Virus record (IMG/VR): IMGVR_UViG_2526164596_000007
Location: 1 to 13,502 of that record
Length of the DNA stretch: 13,502 nucleotides
From: a virus
Lineage: Duplodnaviria > Heunggongvirae > Uroviricota > Caudoviricetes
Reading direction: 5' to 3' (one strand)
Shown here: piece by piece, positions 1 through 8,142 of the stretch
Layout: each line of letters starts with the position of its first letter
Numbering within the stretch: position 1 is the stretch's first letter
Position numbers and translations under genes: made by a program
Notes under the pieces: model-generated
The model's database searches: none
Told to the model about the DNA's origin: nothing
Seen by the model: the letters and a program-made list of their open reading frames with translations, nothing else

Positions 1-577
1 AACAAGGGGAAATTTGCGCCTGGATCGCACGAATAAACGGTTCGAAGGAGCGATGCGTGATTTGTTGCTGAATAAAACTTTTATCCAGCATGACGCGGGT
101 GAAAAGACCATCAAAAACCGCTTTCATTGTGCTATTACCTGCTCCCAAATTGCCTAACACAAGGGGATACATTTGCGATAAGGATAAAAGATCGCGATTA
201 TCTTTTCCTTCATTGAGATGCGGGTAATTCTCATTAATCAACAGTTCAATAAACGGATATTTTAATAGTTCGCCTGCGTAATTATCCCTCTCTAATAATA
301 ATGTAGCCACTTGTGGCGTTAAATTAAGCCAGGCAAAGAGTTTATGTTGAATAAAAAAATGTTGGCATGATTTTAGTAATTCCAACTGCTCTGAAAATAA
401 TTGCCAATGTTGCTCCTCGGTAAGTTGCGCTATAACCCGACTCGTCGGGATACGCACCGTGCCATCTTCACTGGAGAAATGGGTAATTAACTCAACGCCG
501 ACAAGGAGTTGCTGGTTATCTCTTATCGGCAGGAAATAGCAATCAGAATGATAAAGATTCTCCAAAAAAATCTTCAT
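1..577 (-). CDS. ydiV: Anti-FlhDC factor YdiV (EAL-like), partial; 3' end lies beyond the window start
   Basis: Reverse-strand translation from the ATG at 577..575 reads MKIFLENLYHSDCYFLPIRDNQQLLVGVELIT..., matching my recollection of E. coli YdiV. The open frame runs to the window edge. Not in the ORF track because no stop codon falls inside the window. Confidence 0.8.
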   Translation of the reverse strand, partial: MKIFLENLYHSDCYFLPIRDNQQLLVGVELITHFSSEDGTVRIPTSRVIAQLTEEQHWQLFSEQLELLKSCQHFFIQHKLFAWLNLTPQVATLLLERDNYAGELLKYPFIELLINENYPHLNEGKDNRDLLSLSQMYPLVLGNLGAGNSTMKAVFDGLFTRVMLDKSFIQQQITHRSFEPFIRAIQAQISPC

Positions 578-783
578 GGTAACCGTCCCTCTCGAAGGAT
601 GTTTTTCAGTATCCGGCTAAAAGGGATGAGGCCATAAGACATAACAATTACAGAAGGAGTAACTTTCATTTGTTCCATGTTAACCACTTTTTCAGGGGTC
701 CTTTTTTTAGATTATCCTGATTATAAACGAATAATCCATTTACGGAATTTTTGTCTGCAAAATACTACTGTATTCAGGAGTAA

Positions 784-816
784 ATGGACGGCGATGTATC
801 ATCGCCGTCCATTTTT
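784..816. terminator. Perfect 13-bp inverted repeat (784-796 / 800-812, 3-nt loop) followed by T5 on the plus strand, just 3' of nlpC
   Basis: Seen in sequence: atggacggcgatg-tat-catcgccgtccat then ttttt. The A-run/T-run arrangement favours plus-strand termination, but it may act bidirectionally at the end of nlpC. Confidence 0.4.
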
Positions 817-823
817 CGACATA

Positions 824-1288
824 CTAGATTCGTCTCGCCTGCCAGAAATTTTTCTGCCAATAGACATTATCAAGTGAGGAACGCATCACTCCCTTGCTGG
901 TAGAGGCGTGGATAAATTGGTTGTTGGTATCGTAAATACCTACATGCAAACCATTTTGTCCGGACCCCGTTTTGAAAAAGACCAGGTCACCAGGCAGCAA
1001 CTCGTCTTTATCAATTTGCGTGCCGATAGAGGCTTGTTCTTTGGTTTCTCGGGGCAGCTGCAAATCGAAACGATCGCGCATCGTTACAACCACAAATCCC
1101 GAACAGTCCACACCGCGCCGCGTCATGCCACCATAACGATACGGCGTGCCATGCCAGCTTTGTAGCTGGTCGTTCAAACCGGCAATAACGGTAATCGAAT
1201 CAGAAAGTCTGGCATTTGGCGGCGGTGCTTTATGGTGGCTACACCCGGCCAGAAACAGTGCTGTGATCAAAATAAGGCAGAAACGCAT
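824..1288 (-). CDS. nlpC: NlpC/P60-family lipoprotein NlpC
   Basis: 154-aa ORF with a lipoprotein signal and lipobox (LFLAGC) and an NlpC/P60-like Cys motif (GVDCSGFV). Its position downstream of btuD matches the E. coli K-12 gene order. Confidence 0.9.
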   Translation of the reverse strand: MRFCLILITALFLAGCSHHKAPPPNARLSDSITVIAGLNDQLQSWHGTPYRYGGMTRRGVDCSGFVVVTMRDRFDLQLPRETKEQASIGTQIDKDELLPGDLVFFKTGSGQNGLHVGIYDTNNQFIHASTSKGVMRSSLDNVYWQKNFWQARRI

Positions 1289-1365
1289 TCCGTACGGTTC
1301 CTCTGTTTTTTATTCTTGCATTAATTTAGCGTCGTAATTACCCGATTTTCAAGATACTAATGAAA

Positions 1366-2115
1366 TCAGATGGTCGAAATCAGCATTCTGTGACCTTCGA
1401 TATCCAGACGGCGAAAATTCATCCCATAGGCCTGCGCCAGATTTGGCGGCGTGAGCACCTCTTCTCTGCGTCCACTGGCCAGCATTTTTCCACCTTTTAG
1501 CAACCACGCCCGATGCGCATGACGCAATGTGTGGTTGAGATCGTGACTGCTCATCACAATCGCCAGTCCTTGCTGACACAGAGCGCTCAGAATTTTGTCT
1601 AACGCACTTTGTTGCGCAACATCAAGACTGTTCATCGGCTCATCAAGAAGCAGCAATTGACCTGCGGGATTGGCTTGTGGTGTGATTTGCAGCACCACCG
1701 CAGCAAGACGTACGCGTTGCCATTCACCGCCGGAAAGTTGATTGGTGCTACGTCCGAGTTTGTCATCAAGAGCCAGCGCCCCTGCGACATCATTCAGTAG
1801 TTCGGTACGCGTTTTATCGTGCTGATGCAGTGTCAGGTAGTGCCAGACCGGCATTGCAAACGGCGGCGTCTGCTGTTGTGAAAGATAGGCGCGATGCAGC
1901 GCGAGTTTTGTTGCGGACCATGCTTCCAGGGGTTGCCCCGCGAACTGAATGCTTCCCTTACCGCTGGTCATTCCGGCCATTCGTGCAAGCAAGGTACTCT
2001 TACCCGCGCCATTCGGCCCCACCAGATGCAGGATCTCCCCAGCCCGAACCTCGCCAGAAAGTGGCCCCAGGCGGGTAGATTCCGCAACATCCTGTAACTG
2101 CATCACAATAGACAT
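1366..2115 (-). CDS. btuD: Vitamin B12 ABC transporter ATP-binding subunit BtuD
   Basis: 249 aa with Walker A (GPNGAGKST), ABC signature (LSGGEWQR) and Walker B (LLLLDEP). Sits in the expected btuCED context. Confidence 0.95.
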
Positions 2116-2666
2116 TATTTTGCCAACGCCAGTTTAATGCTTTCCATCACAATGGGGTCTTCCGGCGTCATATCCGGGGAAAAACGCTGGATGACCAATC
2201 CGTCCCTGCCAACTAAAAATTTCTCAAAATTCCATAAAATATCATCAGGGTACAGCGGTGCACGACCTTTGCTGACCATACGGGCATAGAATCCGCTCTC
2301 TTCCGGCGCGACTGCGGTCGGCGCTGCGGCAATCAATTTTTGATACAGCGGATGGCGTCCTTCGCCATTAACTTCAATCTTACTGAACATCGGGAACGTC
2401 ACCCCCCATGTGGTGGTACAGTAAGTTTTAATCTCTTCATCGCTGCCCGGTTCTTGTTCCAGAAACTGGTTGCACGGGAATCCCAGCACCACAAAACCTC
2501 GATCGGCCCAGGCTTTCTGAATATTCTCCAACTGCTCATATTGCGGCGTTAAGCCACACTTTGAGGCGACATTGACAATCAACAGCACATTACCGGCGTA
2601 CTTCTCCAGCGTGGTCACTTCACCGTCGATATCTTTCACTACGGTCGTCAGAATGGAATCTTGCAT
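2115..2666 (-). CDS. btuE: Glutathione peroxidase-family protein BtuE
   Basis: 183 aa with a GPx-like active-site region ([23 protein letters not shown]). Its stop shares base 2115 with the btuD start. Confidence 0.95.
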
Positions 2667-2728
2667 CGTTTCTCCTGGGTGTGGTCAGTAAAAATCTTAG
2701 CTTTTAATCATAGACCGTCTTTTTGCGG

Positions 2729-3709
2729 CTAACGTCCTGCTTTTAACAATAACCAGATAAACACCGGCGCACCCAACGTTGCGGTGACCACGCCAATAGG
2801 CAGCTCTGCGGCAGCTAATGCCAAGCGCGCTACAACATCGGCCAGCAGCAATGCGCTCGCCCCTGCCAGCGCGCAGCCGGGAAGTAATACGCGATGATCG
2901 GTTAAACCACACAACCGAAGAATATGTGGGATCACCAGACCAATAAAGCCGATAGCACCCGCCAGCGCCACACTGACGCCAACCATCCAGCCGGTCGCTG
3001 CCACCAGCACATTGCGCCAGAACCACAGGGGTAAACCCAGTTGCCGCGCCGAGATCTCGCCAAGTGCTAACATATTCATCGGCCTGGACTGACAACAGAT
3101 CCACAACAACACGGGGATCAATGCCAGCATCAGCCAGCTTTGCCGCCAGTCTACGCCGCCAAAACCGCCCATCATCCAGTACATCAGCTGACGTAAATCA
3201 ACAGAGGTGGAAAAGTAGATAGCCCACGTCATTAGTGCGCTACAGATAATCCCTAATGCAACGCCAGCCAGCAATAACCGACTGGTCGAAAGATGACGAC
3301 GGGCGAAACGTAAGAGTATTAAAGTGATGATAAGCGCGCCAGCAATCGCACACAGCCCTAGTGCCCAGTTTGGGAGTTGCCCTTGCCCAAGCAATACCGC
3401 GGCGATAAGCCCTACGCCTGCGCCGTTAGAGACGCCAAGTAGTCCAGGTTCTGCCAGAGGATTTTCAAACAACGCCTGCATTACTGCGCCGGATATAGCC
3501 AGCGCCGCACCAACCAGCAATACAGCCAGCGTACGTGGCAGGCGAATCTGCCAGACGAACAGTTCGCCACGAGGAGAAAACCAGTCACCTGGCGAGATCC
3601 ATTGTTCACCGGCGCAAAGGCTTAAGAGAAGCGCCAGCAGCATCAAAACTGACAGGCATAATAACCAGCGAATATTTTGTCGCTGTTGTTGGCGGGCAAG
3701 TGTCAGCAT
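2729..3709 (-). CDS. btuC: Vitamin B12 ABC transporter permease BtuC
   Basis: 326-aa, highly hydrophobic polytopic membrane protein of the FecCD/BtuC permease type. First gene of the btuCED cluster. Confidence 0.95.
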   Translation of the reverse strand: MLTLARQQQRQNIRWLLCLSVLMLLALLLSLCAGEQWISPGDWFSPRGELFVWQIRLPRTLAVLLVGAALAISGAVMQALFENPLAEPGLLGVSNGAGVGLIAAVLLGQGQLPNWALGLCAIAGALIITLILLRFARRHLSTSRLLLAGVALGIICSALMTWAIYFSTSVDLRQLMYWMMGGFGGVDWRQSWLMLALIPVLLWICCQSRPMNMLALGEISARQLGLPLWFWRNVLVAATGWMVGVSVALAGAIGFIGLVIPHILRLCGLTDHRVLLPGCALAGASALLLADVVARLALAAAELPIGVVTATLGAPVFIWLLLKAGR

Positions 3710-3766
3710 GGTATCCGTTCTGCTGAAGTGTCATGGCGTTGATTTTACGGTGACTCTTCGACAGTG

Positions 3767-3792
3767 AAAAGAAAAAAGGCCGCAGAGCGGCC
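3767..3792 (-). terminator. Rho-independent terminator for leftward (minus-strand) transcription
   Basis: Seen in sequence: GC stem ggccgc-aga-gcggcc (3778-3792) that on the minus strand is followed by a T-rich run (plus-strand A-run 3767-3777). It lies 69 bp upstream of the btuC start, at the junction with the phage-like DNA. Confidence 0.6.
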
Positions 3793-3807
3793 ATAAACAC
3801 AAACAAA

Positions 3808-3820
3808 AATCAATAAGTTA
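3808..3820 (+). promoter_or_regulatory. Candidate IHF-binding site in the putative attL region
   Basis: aatcaataagtta matches the IHF consensus WATCAANNNNTTR exactly and is preceded by an A-tract (3801-3809). It lies between the junction and the integrase-proximal direct repeats. Confidence 0.3.
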
Positions 3821-3881
3821 TATAATTATCAAAGGCTTACAGACACACAAAAACACAGCCAACCACAACAAATAACAGGGA

Positions 3882-3901
3882 TGTGGTCACTTTGTGGATC
3901 A
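3882..3901 (+). repeat. Direct repeats TGTGGTCA / TGTGGATCA spaced 11 bp apart; candidate integrase arm-type binding sites
   Basis: Seen in sequence at 3882-3889 and 3893-3901. They resemble the P2 Int arm-site consensus as I recall it (TGTGGACA direct repeats); that consensus is from memory. Confidence 0.3.
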
Positions 3902-4294
3902 TTCGCTCCCCTCTTTTTCCTTATTTCGTTGAACGCCAATTGCGACACACGTACTAAGCAAATCTTTACATTTCTCTACGTCTTCAGACTTACGCAATTT
4001 GATGCTTTTTACAGACTGCGGGCTACTGTCCGTAGCACGATACATCGTTATTTCAATATCATTTCGGTCTAAGAGTCCCATAATGGCTTTTGCAACCTCC
4101 ACACCCTTCTTCGCGAAATCAAAGAACAGAGCAAGTTTATATGGATTTTCGACGGAAAAAACTTCAATTTTGCTAAAACCAACATCGTGTCGAGAAAAAT
4201 ATTGCTCAACCTCATCTCGAAGTTCTGGATCGCAGACAATGTCTATTCTCCAGTACTGACCTAAATGCAAATCGCTATTAACTGTTTTTTCCAC
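3899..4294 (-). CDS. Hypothetical protein (131 aa from GTG at 4294; 138 aa if the TTG at 4315 is used), translationally coupled downstream of int
   Basis: A strong SD (AAGGAGG, 4306..4300 on the minus strand) overlaps the int stop codon, with an in-frame GTG 5 nt downstream. The ORF is AT-rich relative to the integrase and I recognise no family. Confidence 0.55.
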   Translation of the reverse strand: MEKTVNSDLHLGQYWRIDIVCDPELRDEVEQYFSRHDVGFSKIEVFSVENPYKLALFFDFAKKGVEVAKAIMGLLDRNDIEITMYRATDSSPQSVKSIKLRKSEDVEKCKDLLSTCVAIGVQRNKEKEGSE

Positions 4295-4304
4295 AACATC
4301 CTCC

Positions 4305-5279
4305 TTACCCAGCAATAGGATTAAATCTCACCGCATCCTGCAAGTAATCCGGCGCAAGATGGGCATAAATCATCGTTGTCTGAATCTTTGCGTGCCCCAG
4401 AATTTTCTGGAGCGTCAGAATATTGCCGCCGTTCATCATGAAATGACTGGCGAAGGTGTGGCGCAGCGCATGAACAGCCTGGCCGTCAGGAACATCAGGT
4501 GCGACCGTTTTGATGACATCGCGAACCAATGGATAATCCAGCGTCGGAAACACCAGTTTCCCGCCCCGTTTTTTGATCTTTTCAAACAGGCTTTCAGAAA
4601 TAGGAACGGTACGGTTTTTGCTGTTCTTCGTTTTTGAAAAAGTGATTCGACAATGAAGAACACGGCGCTGCTCCAGTACCGCTACCTCGCCCCATCGCGC
4701 CCCGGTCGACAGAAGGATTTCGACAGCCAGCCGTTCATCGGGATTTTCAGCCAGTGCATCCAGCAACTGAACACATTCAGACTTACTCAGATATCCCATT
4801 TCGCGCTCGTTAACCTTCATTCCTTTAAGGCCTTGAACGGGGTTATCGTTAAGAAAATGGCCGGATGAGATGAGTGCGGTAAACATCGCGCTTAACGCCC
4901 CAATCTCTCGATTTATGGTGCTGGGCTGTATCCCCTGCTCTATCCTGGACACACGTAGCTCGGTGAGCATCGTTGTATTAAGTTTATGCACGCACGGGTC
5001 ATCCATTGCCTCACTCAAGCGCAGCAATTTAAGGCGCGTGTTATGCCCTGACTTCATTAGCTGGCCGTGGTATTTCCACCACAAGTCAATAAGCACTGAC
5101 AGCGGACGGCGATCAATGGAGTTTCCTTTCCACTCATTGTTATGCTGTTGCGCCAGCACCCACCGCTCATATAAAACTGCATCCGATTTCGTTTTAAATT
5201 TTTTACGAATGCGTTTGCCTTTACGCCCCTCCGGGCGCATGTCAAGAAGATACCCTCCCGGAATTGATTTTATGCTCAT
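4305..5279 (-). CDS. int: P2-type tyrosine integrase
   Basis: 324 aa with tyrosine-recombinase box II (HALRHTFASH) and the catalytic Tyr region (TTMIYAHL). Strong end-to-end resemblance to P2 Int (337 aa) as recalled. Confidence 0.9.
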   Translation of the reverse strand: MSIKSIPGGYLLDMRPEGRKGKRIRKKFKTKSDAVLYERWVLAQQHNNEWKGNSIDRRPLSVLIDLWWKYHGQLMKSGHNTRLKLLRLSEAMDDPCVHKLNTTMLTELRVSRIEQGIQPSTINREIGALSAMFTALISSGHFLNDNPVQGLKGMKVNEREMGYLSKSECVQLLDALAENPDERLAVEILLSTGARWGEVAVLEQRRVLHCRITFSKTKNSKNRTVPISESLFEKIKKRGGKLVFPTLDYPLVRDVIKTVAPDVPDGQAVHALRHTFASHFMMNGGNILTLQKILGHAKIQTTMIYAHLAPDYLQDAVRFNPIAG

Positions 5280-5328
5280 TCGTGAAACCCCAGCGTTACA
5301 AGACCACCATGCCCCCAGCGCTCCATGA

Positions 5329-5637
5329 TTAGCCGGGCTGTGTGCCAGTCTTGCGGGGTTTTTGAGAAGGCGATGTGCTTTTTAGCCCATCAGGGGAGAG
5401 AGACGGACTGATCTGCCCAGCAGCCTCATTTGTTTTTCCCGTCATAAGCCAATTCATGTACTTAAAAAAGCGAGGGTGATTAACAATCTTGATAAGCACT
5501 TCGCCACCTATGTTTTCAATCCGCCCCGTTTCATAACGACGCAAAGTGCCGATAGGCACATCAATCAGGCCGCAAAATTCTTCGCGCGTTAAATCCTCTG
5601 ATTCACGAATCACTCTAATTTTTTCACCGATAAGCAT
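5329..5637 (-). CDS. P2 C-like immunity repressor (HTH)
   Basis: 102 aa (P2 C is 99 aa as recalled), with an HTH-like N-terminus (LTREEFCGLIDVPIGTLRRYETG). It sits upstream of int on the same strand and is divergent from the cox-like gene across a palindromic operator region. Confidence 0.7.
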   Translation of the reverse strand: MLIGEKIRVIRESEDLTREEFCGLIDVPIGTLRRYETGRIENIGGEVLIKIVNHPRFFKYMNWLMTGKTNEAAGQISPSLSPDGLKSTSPSQKPRKTGTQPG

Positions 5638-5649
5638 TGACAGTGTTCC

Positions 5650-5695
5650 TATAAGTACACTAAGCTTGCGCGCAAGGTGTACTTATAAGTACACC
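5650..5695. promoter_or_regulatory. Lysis/lysogeny switch operator: three half-sites of tataagtacac (direct, inverted, direct), including a perfect 20-bp palindrome
   Basis: Seen in sequence: tataagtacac at 5650-5660, its reverse complement at 5677-5687, and a third copy at 5685-5695. The stretch 5676-5695 (ggtgtacttataagtacacc) is a perfect palindrome and cttgcgcgcaag (5664-5675) is a second one. A TTGACA -35-like hexamer at 5637-5642 lies just upstream. Confidence 0.6.
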
Positions 5696-5733
5696 AAGTC
5701 ACAAACAACCACAGATAGCGCAGGTTATCACAC

Positions 5734-6012
5734 ATGGCAAAAGTCCTGAACACACACGAACAGGCAGACTTTGAGCGTTTAGCAGCGTTCTATCCCTACC
5801 GCGATGAGCATGGGTTACCAGTACTTGAAGAAAGCCTGAAAGATTACGCAAAGCGTACCAACCAAGCTGTTAACACAGTGAAAAGACAGGCTGACAGAGG
5901 TTCAATTCCCATCAACCAGGATGAAAAGAACTCAAGACGCACAGTAAATCTCTTCGCTCTTTTCCTGAAAACAATCAGGAGCGCAGAAAAATACGTGCAG
6001 ATGACAAAATAA
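5734..6012 (+). CDS. Cox/Apl-like small DNA-binding protein (putative excisionase and switch regulator)
   Basis: 92 aa (P2 Cox is 91 aa as recalled). It is the first gene of the rightward operon, divergent from the repressor, and has an HTH-like segment (YAKRTNQAVNTVKRQADRGSIP). Confidence 0.5.
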   Translation: MAKVLNTHEQADFERLAAFYPYRDEHGLPVLEESLKDYAKRTNQAVNTVKRQADRGSIPINQDEKNSRRTVNLFALFLKTIRSAEKYVQMTK

Positions 6013-6026
6013 CGAGGTGTCATTTT

Positions 6027-6365
6027 ATGCTGAAGCAACGCCGTAATTTTCGTACCGGAACAGAACGCCACGCTAACCGTTTCACTACCAGTGCATCACG
6101 CAGCAACATCCGCTACAGCCTGAGTGATACACACGCAACGCCGGATGGCTACCCAGTAAAACAAATCGGCGAGCACGCCTGGCTGATTGAGAAAGCTGGA
6201 ATCGTGATCCACAAATGCCCACGCAATCCGTTTACCGGAAACCGCATTTTTGCATTGAGCTGTGGCGACAATCAGTTCGGGCAGGATTTCACATTATACG
6301 AAGCACTTCGCACGGTTGATCGTCTGCTTCGCGGACAAAGTTTTATTAAACAGGTTGATTTATAA
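6027..6365 (+). CDS. Hypothetical early-region protein (112 aa)
   Basis: SD GAGGTG precedes the ATG; the ORF is packed tightly behind the cox-like gene in the same orientation. Confidence 0.55.
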   Translation: MLKQRRNFRTGTERHANRFTTSASRSNIRYSLSDTHATPDGYPVKQIGEHAWLIEKAGIVIHKCPRNPFTGNRIFALSCGDNQFGQDFTLYEALRTVDRLLRGQSFIKQVDL

Positions 6366-6375
6366 CAGGTGCTTT

Positions 6376-6663
6376 ATGACCAAAGAGTATGCACAAGGTG
6401 TATTTATCCGTTTTATTGATTTTCGCGGTGAACTGTTATTACGTGCATCCGCTATTGACGGAGTGACTCCGGCGGGTAAAAACGGAGCCGACGAAGCCAC
6501 TTACGTTTATCTGAACGGCACGCGACTACTTGTGGAGCTTCCGTACCAGACCGTTCGCGAAGCCATTAACGAAGCTGAAAAAGCGCGCCAGGCTAATAGC
6601 GATGAACCCTATATCGAAATTATTTGTATGGATTCAGAAGCTGAAATTAAGAAAGCAGATTAA
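6376..6663 (+). CDS. Hypothetical early-region protein (95 aa)
   Basis: SD AGGTG at 6366-6370 sits 5 nt before the ATG at 6376. The longer track ORF starting at 6262 overlaps the previous gene and is less likely. Confidence 0.55.
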   Translation: MTKEYAQGVFIRFIDFRGELLLRASAIDGVTPAGKNGADEATYVYLNGTRLLVELPYQTVREAINEAEKARQANSDEPYIEIICMDSEAEIKKAD

Positions 6664-6674
6664 AGGGCGTTGTG

Positions 6675-6917
6675 ATGGGCAAAGAATATAAAACTCTCAT
6701 TAACAAAGCACTTGAGCGTTTTTATTTTCGCTTAAGCGCATCAGGCGCTCATGCTGAACGTGCAGCCCGTGACTCATTGACCAGGGCAATCCGGAGTTTG
6801 TATGACGTCGCTTTTTACGCTGATGATCTGGATGCACTTAACGAACTTTCCGAGCTGATCTGTGCCGCAGAATGCGGGGAACATATTGAACCGTATAAGC
6901 TGGGGAATATCGCATGA
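6675..6917 (+). CDS. Hypothetical early-region protein (80 aa)
   Basis: SD AAGGG at 6663-6667; start is the ATG at 6675 (a GTG at 6672 is also possible). Confidence 0.5.
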   Translation: MGKEYKTLINKALERFYFRLSASGAHAERAARDSLTRAIRSLYDVAFYADDLDALNELSELICAAECGEHIEPYKLGNIA

Positions 6918-7027
6918 GTATATTTATCTCATGGCTTGTTCTGATTATTTCGGTGGCCTGCGCCATTGGGATTATGCGAATTATTCATTCAGTAAAAAAG
7001 ATTGAACGCTTTTTCACTGACGAATAA
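6914..7027 (+). CDS. Small predicted membrane peptide (37 aa, one hydrophobic helix)
   Basis: Translation MSIFISWLVLIISVACAIGIMRIIHSVKKIERFFTDE. Its ATG overlaps the upstream stop (ATGA). Below the ORF-track size cutoff; AT-rich. Confidence 0.4.
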   Translation: MSIFISWLVLIISVACAIGIMRIIHSVKKIERFFTDE

Positions 7028-7116
7028 CAGCACAAACAAAACACCAGATTAAATAAGAAAACGTGAAAACAATCCGCATTCGCGGAGGCATCCACATATA
7101 TAAACACGAGGTTAGC

Positions 7117-7380
7117 ATGCTCAGGACAAATCAAAAAATACTGAAGGATGCGTATTTTGATAGGGGGCAGGATCTCGCAAAGCTTTGTGCCGCGCTAGAA
7201 GAGATACATCAGTATTTCGCTGATATTGAAGATGATATAGCTAACAAAGGTACCAGTATTTCATCAGCGAACAGAGCACATTTTATGGGCTTTAATATTT
7301 TTACAGCAATAAGAACATTAAAAGAACAAAAAGAAGAAATAGAAAAGCTCAAACACGGACATAAAGCTAAGAGAGTGTAA
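7117..7380 (+). CDS. Hypothetical protein (87 aa), AT-rich
   Basis: SD GAGGT at 7107-7111 sits 5 nt before the ATG at 7117 (the track ORF starts at a GTG at 7063). Visibly AT-rich and lysine/glutamate-rich. Confidence 0.5.
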   Translation: MLRTNQKILKDAYFDRGQDLAKLCAALEEIHQYFADIEDDIANKGTSISSANRAHFMGFNIFTAIRTLKEQKEEIEKLKHGHKAKRV

Positions 7381-7583
7381 TGGCAATTAAGCATTTTCCC
7401 GTCGTTCGTTTCACCTCCAGAGGGCGCGAATACGAGGTCGACGAACGCCTGATTACCACTATCGACAAACATCGTTCGGAAAAGGATGCACACCACATCT
7501 ACCTCACTGACGGCACTTACTTCTGCGCCACTAATGTGGCGCGGGTAAACCTTATCCGACAGGTACAGGAGCCACGCAGATGA
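7380..7583 (+). CDS. Hypothetical protein (67 aa)
   Basis: Start overlaps the upstream stop (TAATG), indicating translational coupling. Confidence 0.5.
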   Translation: MAIKHFPVVRFTSRGREYEVDERLITTIDKHRSEKDAHHIYLTDGTYFCATNVARVNLIRQVQEPRR

Positions 7584-7846
7584 CCATTCTGGACTACATC
7601 GCTACTCATCCGGGGTGTAGCGGCGGAGAGATCGCCGCAGCACTGAATACCCCAACCACAGCCATTAATGCTGAGTTACGCCGACTTTGGCGCGGCGGCT
7701 TAGTCATCAGAACAAACCGCAGCACAGGTGGTCGCGCTCGCAAAACAGGAGGCCAGGCTTCTTACCACGTAAACCCGATGCCGTTCGGGTGTAGCAATCC
7801 ACTTACTCACATGTTTAACCAGCTACTGAAGGAAGCCAGAGCATGA
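7580..7846 (+). CDS. Hypothetical protein (88 aa), possible winged-helix DNA-binding protein
   Basis: ATGA overlap with the upstream gene. The segment ILDYIATHPGCSGGEIAAALNTPTTAINAELRRLWRGGLV resembles a wHTH domain; this is a by-eye judgement. Confidence 0.5.
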   Translation: MTILDYIATHPGCSGGEIAAALNTPTTAINAELRRLWRGGLVIRTNRSTGGRARKTGGQASYHVNPMPFGCSNPLTHMFNQLLKEARA

Positions 7847-8142
7847 GCACCATCAACCACCAGAAGCTACGCGAACTGGCATTTGCCCTGCAACGAATGG
7901 CAACGCCTCAAAAATTACTGGCATTTCGCGCAATGCTCTCGCCGTCTGCTGTGCTGGCACTGCTGGATGAGCTGGAGCACGCCAGAACCACGGCTCCTGC
8001 CATTCGCCTGACGCTCCATCATGAAATCGCTGATTTCTGCGCGACGTTGGAGTCGCCGGGCGAACCGGAAACGCCGGAAGCAATACAGCAAGAGCTGCTG
8101 CAACGCATTGACAAGGTTTTTGATTTTTTTCTGAACCAGTAA
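7843..8142 (+). CDS. Hypothetical protein (99 aa)
   Basis: ATGA overlap with the upstream gene; last gene before the non-coding island. Confidence 0.55.
   Translation: MSTINHQKLRELAFALQRMATPQKLLAFRAMLSPSAVLALLDELEHARTTAPAIRLTLHHEIADFCATLESPGEPETPEAIQQELLQRIDKVFDFFLNQ

Noticed and set aside
677-1337. Plus-strand ORFs (677-877, 908-1165, 1146-1337) over the ydiV-nlpC intergenic region and antisense to nlpC
   Set aside because: They overlap nlpC on the opposite strand or cover a terminator-containing intergenic region. No SD and no recognisable product.
1349-2137. Alternative-frame ORFs within btuD and btuE (for example 1349-1579 minus, 1830-2078 plus, 1949-2137 plus)
   Set aside because: They are overlapped by the confidently assigned btuD and btuE genes and are typical shadow ORFs.
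3324-3806. Plus-strand ORFs (3324-3767, 3535-3726) and a minus-strand ORF (3606-3806) overlapping btuC and its upstream region
   Set aside because: They are antisense to or out of frame with btuC, which is clearly identified, and have no independent support.
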